64,000 nt of DNA from the NCBI GenBank assembly GCA_963813335.1, contig CAWEYL010000001.1, positions 617,568 through 681,567 of the forward strand, read 5' to 3'. Below the pieces are notes generated by a model. That model worked only from the letters and a program-made list of their open reading frames with translations, was not told the origin of the DNA and searched no databases. The translations under genes and the position numbers were made by a program. How positions within the stretch are numbered: the first letter of the stretch is position 1; the number at the start of each line of letters is the position of its first letter. Source of the DNA: an uncultured Chloroflexia bacterium. GTDB taxonomy: Bacteria; Chloroflexota; Limnocylindria; Limnocylindrales; CSP1-4. This document shows positions 55,101-64,000 of this stretch, piece after piece.

Positions 55101-55888
55101 AGGTCGAGATCGACGGCGGCGGCGACACCGCCGCCTTCGAGGCCGCGCTCGACGCGGCCGCCGAGCGCTGGGCTGCCGCCGCGCCGACCGGGATCGCGCC
55201 CGGACCGGCCCGCCTGGGCCAGCTCCGCCGCCGGTTCCACGAGCTCGGCGCCGTCAACCCGTACGCGGTCGACGAGTACGCAGAATTGAAGACCCGGCTC
55301 GAGACGCTCGAGACGCAGGCGAGCGACCTGCGGACCGCGATCGTCCGGACGCGCGAGCTCATCGCCGAGCTCGAGACCATGATCGCCGACCAGTTCCAGA
55401 CGACGTTCCGCGCCCTCGAGGTCGCCTTCGCATCGCGCTTCGAGCAGCTCTTCGGCGGCGGCTTCGCGCGCATCTCGCTGACCGATCCGTCGGACCTCGG
55501 CTCGACCGGCGTCGAGATCGTCGCGCGCCCGCCCGGCAAGAAGGCCCAGGCGCTCGCCATGCTGTCGGGCGGCGAGCGCGCACTGACGGCCGTCGCGCTG
55601 CTGTTCGCGATGCTCGAGGTCCGTCCCGTCCCGTTCTGCGTGCTCGACGAGGTGGATGCCGCGCTCGACGAGGCCAACGTGGGCCGCTTCGCCGACGCGC
55701 TGCGCAGTCTCGCCCACCAGACGCAGTTCGTGGTCATCACCCACAACCGGGGCACGATCGAGGCGGCCGATGCGCTGTACGGCGTCACCGTCGGCGACGA
55801 CTCGGTCAGCCGCGTGATCAGCCTCCGGCTCGACGAGGCCCAGGCGCTCGCCGACCAGGGTCGCGGCGAGCTCGCGCCGGCCCGCTGA
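52162..55888 (+). pseudogene. smc: chromosome segregation protein SMC, frame broken in the coiled coil (about 54230-54275)
   Basis: The N-terminal head (GPNGSGKSNLADA) is in ORF 52162-54363. The C-terminal head (LSGGERALTAVALLFA, VLDEVDAALD) is in ORF 53966-55888. The two are in a +1 relation. Confidence 0.85.
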
Positions 55889-57180
55889 TGCCGTTCTGGC
55901 GCCGGAAGAGCGAGGAGGCCGAGCCGGCCGAGTCCGAAGCCGAGGAGGCGCTGCCGAGCCCGGAGGACGTCGAGCCCGGCTGGGAGCCCGATCCCGCCGA
56001 CTTCGATGACCCGGCCTCGGCGGGCGGACCGACCGGCCCGGAACCGGAGTTCGCACCGACCGCCGAGACGGCGTGGTCGATCGTGCAGCCCGGGCTCGTC
56101 GTCCCGGAACCGGTTCATGAGCCCGAGACGGGGAGCGCGGCGTCCGCGCCCGAGCCGATCCCGCCGTCGGCGGAGCCGCCGGCGCCAGAGCCCCGGGCCG
56201 TCTGGATCGCGATCCCCGAACCCGTCTACCCGTCCCCATCCCAGCCGGTCGTGCCCGCCACGGGACCCGAACCGGCGCACGAGGCGCCGCACGAAGGCTC
56301 GCTCGATGCGGGCCTCGAGCGGACTCGTGGCGGGTTCATGTCGCGCCTGCGCGGCTTCCTCGCCGGCGGCCCCGAAGGCCCGTCGTGGGACGACGTCGAG
56401 GAGACGCTGATCGCCGGTGACGTCGGGGCGGCGCTCGCGATGGACGTGGTCGAGCGCGCCCGCCGCCGGCGCGATCCGGCCGGTGCCGAAGCGGCGGTCC
56501 GTGCCGAGCTCGCCGCCCTCCTCGTCCCGCGCGACCCGGCCTGGGCGCCGCGGCCCTCGGTCGAGGGCGGGCCCGCCGTGATCCTGGTCGTGGGCGTCAA
56601 CGGGACCGGCAAGACCACCAGCATCGGCAAGCTCGCCAGTCGCTACGCCGGGGAGGGCCACCGGGTGATCCTCGCCGCGGCCGACACGTTCCGGGCCGCG
56701 GCCATCGACCAGCTCCGCATCTGGGCCGAGCGGGCCGGGACCGAGATGGTCGCCCACGCCCCGGGCGCGGACCCCGGTGCGGTCGTCTACGACGCCCTGG
56801 ACGCCGCGGTCGCCCGCGGCGCGGACCTGGTGATCGCGGACACGGCCGGCCGGCTCCACACGAAGTCGAACCTGATGGACGAGCTTTCCAAGATCCGCCG
56901 CATCATCGACAAGCGCCTGCCGGGCGCCGCCCCGGAGACGTTCTTCGTGCTCGACGCCACCACCGGCCAGAACGGCCTGGCCCAGGCGAAGGCGTTCCAC
57001 GAGGCGGTCGGCCTGACCGGGATCATCCTGACCAAGCTCAATTCGACGGCCAAGGGCGGCATCGTCTTCGCGATCGAGGACGGGCTGCACATCCCGGTCC
57101 GCTTCGTCGGCGTGGGCGAGCAGGCCGGCGACCTGATCGCGTTCGAGCCGGACGCCTTCGTCGCGGCGCTCTTCGCCTAG
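55888..57180 (+). CDS. ftsY: signal recognition particle receptor FtsY with an acidic/Pro-rich N-terminal domain
   Basis: Motifs [22 protein letters not shown] and [10 protein letters not shown]. Confidence 0.95.
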   Translation: MPFWRRKSEEAEPAESEAEEALPSPEDVEPGWEPDPADFDDPASAGGPTGPEPEFAPTAETAWSIVQPGLVVPEPVHEPETGSAASAPEPIPPSAEPPAPEPRAVWIAIPEPVYPSPSQPVVPATGPEPAHEAPHEGSLDAGLERTRGGFMSRLRGFLAGGPEGPSWDDVEETLIAGDVGAALAMDVVERARRRRDPAGAEAAVRAELAALLVPRDPAWAPRPSVEGGPAVILVVGVNGTGKTTSIGKLASRYAGEGHRVILAAADTFRAAAIDQLRIWAERAGTEMVAHAPGADPGAVVYDALDAAVARGADLVIADTAGRLHTKSNLMDELSKIRRIIDKRLPGAAPETFFVLDATTGQNGLAQAKAFHEAVGLTGIILTKLNSTAKGGIVFAIEDGLHIPVRFVGVGEQAGDLIAFEPDAFVAALFA

Positions 57181-58523
57181 CCGCCGATCGGGCGGTCGCG
57201 CTCGATCTCCTCGACGGCGCCGACCGTCCCGGCGTCGAGCACCACCGGCAGCTGCCGGAGCTGGCGGACGGGCGAGAACCACAGGATCAGCACCCCGATC
57301 GCGCCGAAGAACGGGGTGATCCACATCGTCGCGCGAAGGCCGATCGCCACGGCCAGCACGCCGGCCAGCAGCGTCGTGATCAGCTGGGCGATCCCCGAGG
57401 CGACCACGAACGTCGACGAGACCCGGCCCAGCGCCCGGTCCTCGACCAGCGTCTGGCGCACGACGACCTCGGAGATGTCGTAGACCTGCAGCGAGGAATC
57501 GCCGAGGAGCTGCGCGAGGACCAGGAACGTGATCGCGACGAGCGGTGCCCCCACCGGCGCCAGCGGCACGAACAGGTTGCTGATCGTCGAGAGGACGAGC
57601 GCCGCGATGACCACCGGCCCGACGCCCCAGCGCCGGGTGACCGGCCCCGTGATGAGCGCGCCCACGAGCGACGAGACCCCGCCCACGGCGGCGACCACGC
57701 CGAGCGCCCCGGGCCCGAGGCCCAGCTCGTCCACGGTGAAGAGCCACCAGGTCGTGCCGAAGATGCCCCAGATCATGGAGATCGCCACCTGCGAGCCCGC
57801 GAACGCCCGCAGGATCGGGTCGTGCCGGACGAGCCGGATGCCATCCCGGATCTCGTCGATCACCGGGGACCGGTCGGCGCGCGGTGGCGAGGGTGGCTCC
57901 TCCTTGTGGATCGTCCCGAGCAGCACGGCGGAGACGAGGAAGGTCACCGCGTCGATGGCGATCGTGACTGGCGCGGTCAGCACCTGGACCAGGACGCCGC
58001 CGAGTCCGAAGGCGAGGACCTCCGAGGCGGAGCCGCTCGCCGACAATGCCGCATTCGCATCGGTCAGCTGCTCGCGCTCGACGACGGTCGGCAGGTACGC
58101 GTTGTCGGCCGAGTCGAAGAAGACGGTCAGCACGGCCGCGATGCCGGTCACGACCAGCAGGTGCGGGAACGTCAGCACCCCGAGCGCGAACGCGACCGGG
58201 ATCGAGCCCAAGAGCACGGCCCGCCCGAGATCGGCCCAGATCAGGACCGGGCGGCGGCGCAGCCGGTCCACCCAGGCGCCCGCGACCAGCCCGAACACGA
58301 GGGCCGCGATCAGGTCGAGGCTGCGCAGGATCGACATCTCGACCGGCCCGGCGCCGAGGACGAGGATGGCGACGAGCGGCAGCGCGATCCTGGTGACCAG
58401 CGAGCCGAAGACCGAGACGGTCGACGCGGCCCAGACACGGCGGAACGCGCTGTTGCGCCAGAGCACGGATTCGAAGGGGTTGCGCACGACGGCGGAGCAT
58501 AGTCGGTGCGCGACCCGGACCAT
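57177..58523 (-). CDS. MFS transporter
   Basis: About 12 TM segments. N-terminal LWRNSAFRRVWAASTVSVFG is typical of MFS_3/EntS-like exporters. The exact start is uncertain. Confidence 0.8.
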   Translation of the reverse strand: MVRVAHRLCSAVVRNPFESVLWRNSAFRRVWAASTVSVFGSLVTRIALPLVAILVLGAGPVEMSILRSLDLIAALVFGLVAGAWVDRLRRRPVLIWADLGRAVLLGSIPVAFALGVLTFPHLLVVTGIAAVLTVFFDSADNAYLPTVVEREQLTDANAALSASGSASEVLAFGLGGVLVQVLTAPVTIAIDAVTFLVSAVLLGTIHKEEPPSPPRADRSPVIDEIRDGIRLVRHDPILRAFAGSQVAISMIWGIFGTTWWLFTVDELGLGPGALGVVAAVGGVSSLVGALITGPVTRRWGVGPVVIAALVLSTISNLFVPLAPVGAPLVAITFLVLAQLLGDSSLQVYDISEVVVRQTLVEDRALGRVSSTFVVASGIAQLITTLLAGVLAVAIGLRATMWITPFFGAIGVLILWFSPVRQLRQLPVVLDAGTVGAVEEIERDRPIGG

Positions 58524-58554
58524 CGTCCCAACGGCGGGCGCGCGGAGGCTGCGC

Positions 58555-58560
58555 TACACT
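58555..58560 (+). promoter_or_regulatory. candidate -10 box (GCGCTACACT context) for ffh
   Basis: Lies 102 nt before the ffh ATG, in the divergent intergenic region. Confidence 0.3.
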
Positions 58561-58662
58561 TCGGCACGCCTCGGTGCGTCAGAACCCGCGCACCACCCGG
58601 TCCGTCCGCGAGCGATCGTCGACCGGCCGGTCGAACCACCTGCTGGAGTCCCCACCCGGACC

Positions 58663-59997
58663 ATGTTCGACACCCTCAGCGAACGGCTTCGCAAGACCCT
58701 CGGCACCCTGACCGGCCGCGGTCGGATCAGCGAGGCCGACGTCGATGCCGCCATGCGCGAGGTGCGTTTGGCGCTGCTCGAGGCCGACGTCAATTTCAAG
58801 GTCGTCAAGGACTTCGTGGCCCGGGTCCGCGAGAAGGCGGTCGGCGCCGACGTCCTCGAAAGCCTCACCGCCGGCCAGCAGGTCGTGAAGATCGTCAACG
58901 ACGAGCTCGTCGAGCTGCTCTCGGCGGGCGACCGGACCTTCCACCTCTCGGGCAACCCGGCGGTGGTCGCGATGGTCGGCCTGCAGGGCTCCGGCAAGAC
59001 GACATCCACCGCGAAGCTCGCCCGCCACATCGTCAAGCTGGGCCGACGCCCGATGCTGGTCGCCGCGGACCCGTACCGCCCGGCGGCCGCGGACCAGCTC
59101 GAGACGCTCGGCAAGAGCCTCGACATCCCGGTCTTCCGCGCCCCGCCCGGCACGAGCGTCCCGGACATCGCCCGCCTCGGCGTCGAGGCCGCGAAGCGCC
59201 AGGTCCGCGACGTGGTCATCCTCGACACCGCCGGCCGGCTCACGATCGACGAGGCCCTGATGGCCGAGATCGCCGCCGTCAACGCCGCCGTCAGGCCGGT
59301 CGAGACGCTGCTGGTGGTCGATGCCATGACCGGCCAGGAGGCCGTCGCGGTCGCGCAGGCGTTCGTCGCCGCCGTCCCGGTGACCGGCCTGATCCTGACC
59401 AAGATCGACGGCGACGCCCGCGGCGGCGCCGCGCTCTCGATCTCGGCGGTCACCGGCGTCCCGGTCAAGTTCCTCGGGACCAGCGAGAAGACCGACGGCC
59501 TGGAGGTCTTCTACCCGGACCGCCTCGCCGGGCGGATCCTCGGGATGGGCGACATCCTGACGCTCGTCGAGCGAGCCCAGGAGACCTTCGACACCAACCA
59601 GGCGGCCAAGCTCGAGGAGAAGCTGCGCAAGAACAGCTTCACGCTCGAGGACATGCTCGAGCAGCTCCAGCAGGTCCAGAAGATGGGCCCGCTCGGGCAG
59701 ATCATGTCGATGATCCCCGGGATGGGCAGCATGGCCGGCGAGGCGCAGGCCGCCGTGGACCGGGGCGACCTCAAGCGGACCGAAGCGATCATCCGGGCGA
59801 TGACGCCCGTCGAGCGGCGCGATCCGACCGTCCTCAACGCCTCCCGGCGACGCCGCATCGCGGCGGGCTCCGGGACCACCCTTCCCGACGTCAATCGTCT
59901 CGTGAAGCAATTCGCCGAGATGCAGAAGGTCATGAAGCAACTTTCCGGGGCTGGCGGTCGGCGGGCCGCCATGAGCGCCCTGTCCGGCCGCCGATGA
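58663..59997 (+). CDS. ffh: signal recognition particle protein Ffh
   Basis: MFDTLSERL..., GLQGSGKTTS, DTAGRL, TKIDGDARGGAALS, Met-rich M domain. Confidence 0.95.
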   Translation: MFDTLSERLRKTLGTLTGRGRISEADVDAAMREVRLALLEADVNFKVVKDFVARVREKAVGADVLESLTAGQQVVKIVNDELVELLSAGDRTFHLSGNPAVVAMVGLQGSGKTTSTAKLARHIVKLGRRPMLVAADPYRPAAADQLETLGKSLDIPVFRAPPGTSVPDIARLGVEAAKRQVRDVVILDTAGRLTIDEALMAEIAAVNAAVRPVETLLVVDAMTGQEAVAVAQAFVAAVPVTGLILTKIDGDARGGAALSISAVTGVPVKFLGTSEKTDGLEVFYPDRLAGRILGMGDILTLVERAQETFDTNQAAKLEEKLRKNSFTLEDMLEQLQQVQKMGPLGQIMSMIPGMGSMAGEAQAAVDRGDLKRTEAIIRAMTPVERRDPTVLNASRRRRIAAGSGTTLPDVNRLVKQFAEMQKVMKQLSGAGGRRAAMSALSGRR

Positions 59998-60025
59998 CCA
60001 GGCTCGAAGCAGAGGGGACAGACCG

Positions 60026-61912
60026 ATGACCGACCAGCCCAACGACCCGGGGGACCCGACGACCGTCGTCCCGACACCCGCGGTCCCGACGCCCGACGCG
60101 GCGCCGCAGCACGAGTTCGTGCCCGCCGAGCCGGCGACCAGCGCCGCGCCGCTGACCGCCGTCGACGCACCCGCAGGCCCCAGCCGTCGCCGCTGGGGCG
60201 TCGCCCTCGCGGCGATCGCGGTGGTCGTCGCCATCAGTGCCGCGGCCGTCTACGCGCTCACCGGTGCCGCACCGAACGCGACCGTCCTCGGCTACGTCCC
60301 GTCCGGCAGCGTCATGTACGGCGAGTTCCGGATGGACCTCCCGGGCGGGCAGGACCGCAAGGTCGCGGAGTTCCTCTCGCACTTCCCAGGCTTCGCCGAC
60401 CAGTCGTCGATCCAGACGAAGGTCAACGAGACGCTCGACCAGATCGTCGGCAAGGCCTCGGACGGCAAGCAGACCTACGCGAAGGACGTCGAGCCGTGGT
60501 TCAGCGGCCAGATCGCCTTCAGCGTCGGTGAGCTGCCCGATCCCAAGACCGTCGCCGGCGGCAGCGCCGGCTCCGAGACCCACGCCCTGCTGCTGCTCTC
60601 GGTGAAGGACGCCGCCCTGGCGCAGGCCTGGTTCGACCAGCTCTTCGCCGACGGCAAGACCGCGGTCACCACCTCTGACTACTCGGGCACGACCATCACC
60701 GCGCCGACGACGCAGGGGACGCCGCCGGCCGGCATGGCCATCATCAACGGCAAGGTCGCCGTGATCGGCGACCTTGCGTCGGTCAAGTCCGCGATCGACA
60801 CCAACGGGGCCGGCGCCTTCGCCAACGAGCCCGGACCCAAGGCGGCCTTCGCGGCCAGCGACAGCGCCCACCTGGGCCTCGTGTACATGGCGCTCGGCCC
60901 GCTCTACGACTGGTCTGCCTCCATGCAGTCCGCGATGACGAGTGCGCTCCCGAGCGCCGCGCCGACCATCCCGGGCTGCCAGCCATCCGACCTGAACGCG
61001 ATGGTCGCCGACCTGCTACCCGACTGGGCGAGCTTCACGGTGAAGGCCGACTCGGACGCCCTGGTCTTCGAGACCGTGTCGCCGCCGCCGGCCAAGGCCA
61101 TCGGCCCGACCGCGGATCGCACCTCGGACCTCGTCAAGCACATCCCGGCCAGCGCGATCGCGCTCGCCGTCGTCAACGACTACGGCGCGACCCTCCAGCA
61201 GGGCATCGACCTCTACAAGGCGCAGCCGTGCTTCAAGGACGCCATCACCCAGCTCGAGAAGTCGGCCGACCTGGCCGGCGGCCTCGACGCCATCCTCGGC
61301 TGGATCGGCGACACCGCCATCGTCGTCAACGGCACGGATCCGCTGCCCGAGGCGGGCATCGTGGTCAAGCCGACCGGCAAGGATGATCCGGCCAAGCTGC
61401 TGACCAGCCTCAAGGGCCTCGTGTCGCTCGGTGGCGGCCAGCAGGGCCTCACCGTCCGGGAAGAGGACCACAACGGGGTCAAGATCACGATCATCGATGC
61501 CGGCCCCATCGACAAGCTCACCGGGTCCTCGATGACGGCCGCCCCCGGCGTCAAGCTGCCGAGCGGCGACGTCGAGCTGGCCTGGGCGGTCAAGGACGAC
61601 CTCGTCGTCATCGGCAGCGGCCCGGACTTCGTCAAGCACGTGCTCGACACCACCGATTCCACGTCGCTCGCGAATGACAGCCGCTACAAGTCCCTGGCGG
61701 GACGCGTCGGCGACGGCACCGGGATCACCTTCGTCGACCTCACGGAGATCCGTGAGCGGACCGAGGCCCTGATCTCGTCGGTCCAGCCGGCCGCCCTCAA
61801 GACCTACGAGACCGATGTCAAGCCGTACCTCGTCCCGTTCGACGCCTTCGTCGCATCAGGCTCGGTCGCGGGCGACATCGACCACTCGAAGGCCATCATC
61901 GTCGTCAAGTAG
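60026..61912 (+). CDS. membrane-anchored 628-aa protein, DUF3352-like (tentative)
   Basis: Pro-rich N-terminus, one TM helix, large extracytoplasmic domain. The family assignment is from memory only. Confidence 0.6.
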   Translation: MTDQPNDPGDPTTVVPTPAVPTPDAAPQHEFVPAEPATSAAPLTAVDAPAGPSRRRWGVALAAIAVVVAISAAAVYALTGAAPNATVLGYVPSGSVMYGEFRMDLPGGQDRKVAEFLSHFPGFADQSSIQTKVNETLDQIVGKASDGKQTYAKDVEPWFSGQIAFSVGELPDPKTVAGGSAGSETHALLLLSVKDAALAQAWFDQLFADGKTAVTTSDYSGTTITAPTTQGTPPAGMAIINGKVAVIGDLASVKSAIDTNGAGAFANEPGPKAAFAASDSAHLGLVYMALGPLYDWSASMQSAMTSALPSAAPTIPGCQPSDLNAMVADLLPDWASFTVKADSDALVFETVSPPPAKAIGPTADRTSDLVKHIPASAIALAVVNDYGATLQQGIDLYKAQPCFKDAITQLEKSADLAGGLDAILGWIGDTAIVVNGTDPLPEAGIVVKPTGKDDPAKLLTSLKGLVSLGGGQQGLTVREEDHNGVKITIIDAGPIDKLTGSSMTAAPGVKLPSGDVELAWAVKDDLVVIGSGPDFVKHVLDTTDSTSLANDSRYKSLAGRVGDGTGITFVDLTEIRERTEALISSVQPAALKTYETDVKPYLVPFDAFVASGSVAGDIDHSKAIIVVK

Positions 61913-61913
61913 C

Positions 61914-61948
61914 GAAGACCGGGGTGCCCCCAGCACCCCGGCTTCGGA
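61914..61948 (+). terminator. hairpin after the 628-aa gene
   Basis: Stem CGAAGACCGGGGTGC/GCACCCCGGCTTCG with one bulge. No U-tract. Confidence 0.35.
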
Positions 61949-61974
61949 ATGCAACTGGAGGAGATGCACCGATC

Positions 61975-62229
61975 ATGGCAGTCCGCATCCGGCTGACGCG
62001 CGTGGGCGCGAAGAAGCAGCCGACCTATCGCGTCGTCGTCGCCGACGGTCGCAGTGCCCGCGACGGCCGCGCCATCGAGACGCTCGGTCACTACAACCCG
62101 CGCTCCGAGCCGGTCGAGTTCCAGGTGGACGAGGACAAGGCCAAGGCCTGGCTCGCCAAGGGAGCCCAGCCGTCCGAGACGGTCAGCCGACTCTTCCGTC
62201 AGGCGGGCATCCTGCCCGCCGCCAAGTAG
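61975..62229 (+). CDS. rpsP: 30S ribosomal protein S16
   Basis: [34 protein letters not shown]. Confidence 0.95.
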   Translation: MAVRIRLTRVGAKKQPTYRVVVADGRSARDGRAIETLGHYNPRSEPVEFQVDEDKAKAWLAKGAQPSETVSRLFRQAGILPAAK

Positions 62230-62238
62230 GGGACCGAG

Positions 62239-62472
62239 ATGGCCGCCAAGGACCTGGTCGAATACGTCGCCAAGGCGCTCGTCGACGATCCCGACGCCGT
62301 GACCGTCGAGCTCGTGCGCGAGGAAGGCGCCACGGTCATCGAGCTGCATGTCGCCGAGGACGACATGGGCAAGGTCATCGGGCGCAACGGCAGCGTCGCG
62401 AAGGCGCTGCGCACCCTGCTCAAGGTCACGGCCGCCCGTGACGGCGAGCCGGTCCAGCTCGAGATCCTCTGA
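62239..62472 (+). CDS. KH-domain RNA-binding protein (YlqC/UPF0109)
   Basis: Motif DMGKVIGRNGSVAKALRTLL. Position between rpsP and rimM. Confidence 0.9.
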   Translation: MAAKDLVEYVAKALVDDPDAVTVELVREEGATVIELHVAEDDMGKVIGRNGSVAKALRTLLKVTAARDGEPVQLEIL

Positions 62473-62489
62473 GCGTCGACGAACGGCTC

Positions 62490-63161
62490 GTGGTCGCCCT
62501 CGTCCGAGGGGTCCACGGGCTGCACGGCGCCGTCCGGGTGGAGGTCCTGACCGACCATCCGGAGACCCGCTTCGTGCCGGGGACCGTGCTCCATCGTGAG
62601 GGGCGCGACGAGCCGCTGACGATCGCCTCCGCCGAGGCGATCGCCGATGGCCCCGGCTGGCGCGTGCGCTTCCGCGAGGTCGGCTCACGCGATGCCGCCG
62701 ACACCTTGCGTGGCGCCTACCTCGAGGCCGTGGTCGTGCCCGAGCTGGAGCTCGGGCGGGGCGAGTACTACTGGCACGAGGTCGTCGGCGTGGCCGTGCG
62801 CGGCGTCGACGGCGCCGAGCTCGGCACGGTCCGCGACATCTACCGCGTCGGCGAGAACGACGTCCTGGTCGTCGATGGCGGCACGGTCGCGCCGTTCGAC
62901 CTGCCCGCGGTGCGGGCGTTCATCCGGGTCTTCGCGCCTCGCCGCGGCGAGATCGTGGTCGACGCCGAGTCGCTCGACCTGCGCCCGGCCAAGTCGAAGA
63001 CGCCCGACCCGGACCGCCCGAAGGCGCCGCGGCGGCGCAGCCGGAAGCCGGCCACGACGGCCCCGCCGGCGACCCCGCCCGGCGACGCCGCGACGGCCAC
63101 GACGGAGTCGGCCGCGACGGAGCCGGCCGCGGCCGAGCGGCCCGCACCGTCTCGGCCATGA
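62490..63161 (+). CDS. rimM: ribosome maturation factor RimM with a basic Pro/Ala-rich tail
   Basis: [26 protein letters not shown] barrel. The start may lie a few codons upstream. Confidence 0.9.
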   Translation: MVALVRGVHGLHGAVRVEVLTDHPETRFVPGTVLHREGRDEPLTIASAEAIADGPGWRVRFREVGSRDAADTLRGAYLEAVVVPELELGRGEYYWHEVVGVAVRGVDGAELGTVRDIYRVGENDVLVVDGGTVAPFDLPAVRAFIRVFAPRRGEIVVDAESLDLRPAKSKTPDPDRPKAPRRRSRKPATTAPPATPPGDAATATTESAATEPAAAERPAPSRP

Positions 63162-63853
63162 CCCTCGAGATCGATGTCCTGACGCTGTTCCCGGCGATGT
63201 TCGCAGGGCCGCTCGGCGACAGCATCCCGGGCCGGATCCAGGAGCGGGGCCTGGCCACGATCCGGATCCGCGACCTGCGCGAGTGGGGCCTCGGCAAGCA
63301 CCGCTCCGTGGATGACGCCCCGTACGGTGGCGGCGCCGGCATGGTGCTCCGGCCGGAGCCGGTCGCGGCCGCGCTCGACGACCTGCGCCGGCCCGACTCG
63401 ACCACGATCCTCATGGACCCCGCCGGGGAGGTCTTCCGCCACGCCCGTGCCGCGGACCTCGCGACGCGCAGCCACTGCATCTTCGTGTGCCCGCGCTACG
63501 AGGGCGTCGACGAGCGCATCCGCTCGCTCGTGGACCTCGAGCTCTCGATCGGCGACTACGTCCTCTCGGGCGGGGAGCTGCCGGCGCTCGTCGTGATCGA
63601 CGCGGTGCTGCGCCTGCTCCCCGGGGCCATCGACGACGCCTCCACGGCCGAGGAGTCGTTCAGCGCGGGCATCCTCGAGTACCCGCAGTACACGCGCCCG
63701 GCCACCTTCCGCGGCATGGACGTGCCGGCGATCCTGTCATCCGGCGACCACGCGGCCGTCCGTCGCTGGCGCGACGAGCAGGCACTCGCCCGCACCCGGG
63801 AACGGCGGCCCGACCTGCTCGAGCCGCCGGCCGCCGACGCCGACGCCGACTGA
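63158..63853 (+). CDS. trmD: tRNA (guanine37-N1)-methyltransferase
   Basis: [48 protein letters not shown] overlap with rimM. Confidence 0.95.
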   Translation: MTLEIDVLTLFPAMFAGPLGDSIPGRIQERGLATIRIRDLREWGLGKHRSVDDAPYGGGAGMVLRPEPVAAALDDLRRPDSTTILMDPAGEVFRHARAADLATRSHCIFVCPRYEGVDERIRSLVDLELSIGDYVLSGGELPALVVIDAVLRLLPGAIDDASTAEESFSAGILEYPQYTRPATFRGMDVPAILSSGDHAAVRRWRDEQALARTRERRPDLLEPPAADADAD

Positions 63854-63877
63854 CGACGGAGGCGCCGACTGAGCGCC

Positions 63878-63883
63878 TAGACT
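63878..63883 (+). promoter_or_regulatory. candidate -10 box (TAGACT) 7 nt before ATG 63891, implying a leaderless mRNA
   Basis: Sequence reads TAGACTCCGCGGCATG. Confidence 0.35.
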
Positions 63884-63890
63884 CCGCGGC

Positions 63891-64000
63891 ATGCCGGGTG
63901 AGCCGCTCCTGCTCGAGATCGCCGCGCTTGCCGTCGTGGTCGCCGGGTTCACCGCCGTGACCGCCGTGCTGGTGCCGACGGGCGGATCGTGGCACCCGGC
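63891..64000 (+). CDS. start of a hydrophobic (membrane) protein, truncated by the window end
   Basis: ATG followed by MPGEPLLLEIAALAVVVAGFTAVTAVLV. It is not rplS, which usually follows trmD. Confidence 0.35.
   Translation, partial: MPGEPLLLEIAALAVVVAGFTAVTAVLVPTGGSWHP

Noticed and set aside
54151-58500. A 1449-aa minus-strand ORF. Similar ones lie at 29120-32857 (1245 aa) and 34011-37616 (1201 aa).
   Set aside because: Same artefact. They lie antisense to smc/ftsY, ileS and priA, have low-complexity Arg/Pro/Gly composition, and show no start context or domain signatures.

Overview
This is a 64-kb, very G+C-rich (about 70-75 % by eye) chromosomal segment made almost entirely of tightly packed housekeeping genes. 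Most are on the + strand, and many are joined by ATGA/GTGA/TGATG start-stop overlaps.

Gene order follows the conserved Gram-positive/Terrabacteria backbone: secF, recJ, pyrF, tatAC, rapZ-yvcK-whiA, tpiA-gpmI-secG, rpsF-ssb-rpsR, ileS-lspA-rluD, gmk-priA-def-fmt-rlmN-rpe-dtd, rpmB(-), asp23-yloV-recG-rsmD-coaD, yceD-rpmF-plsX, asp23-nusB, acpP-rnc-smc-ftsY, ffh, rpsP-KH-rimM-trmD. From this order I infer a high-GC Chloroflexota- or Actinomycetota-like organism. I cannot verify that without a database.

Eight tRNA genes sit in four clusters: Leu-CAG, Leu-GAG, Val-UAC, Phe-GAA, Gly-GCC, Gln-UUG, Cys-GCA and Leu-UAA. There is also a degenerate 3' half copy of tRNA-Gly.

I found no CRISPR array, transposase, integrase or recognisable defence system.

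The least ordinary parts are:
1. A tRNA-bounded, lower-GC 2.3-kb islet (18.2-20.5 kb) of four orphan genes.
2. An att-like duplication of the tRNA-Gly 3' half, bracketing a repeat lipoprotein gene.
3. Six indel-type frame breaks in otherwise conserved genes: recJ (two), gpmI, the lipoprotein gene, an LCP gene and smc. These are more likely sequence errors than real decay.
4. A recurring extended -10 motif, TGnTAnnnT or GCGCTAnnnT. It implies several leaderless mRNAs and possibly a leaderless tRNA.
5. A probable ATC start codon.
6. An orphan REC-CpaE/ParA-type ATPase.

Long antisense ORFs of 1200-1600 aa are high-GC artefacts. All functional calls rest on my recognition of motifs in the supplied translations, not on searches.
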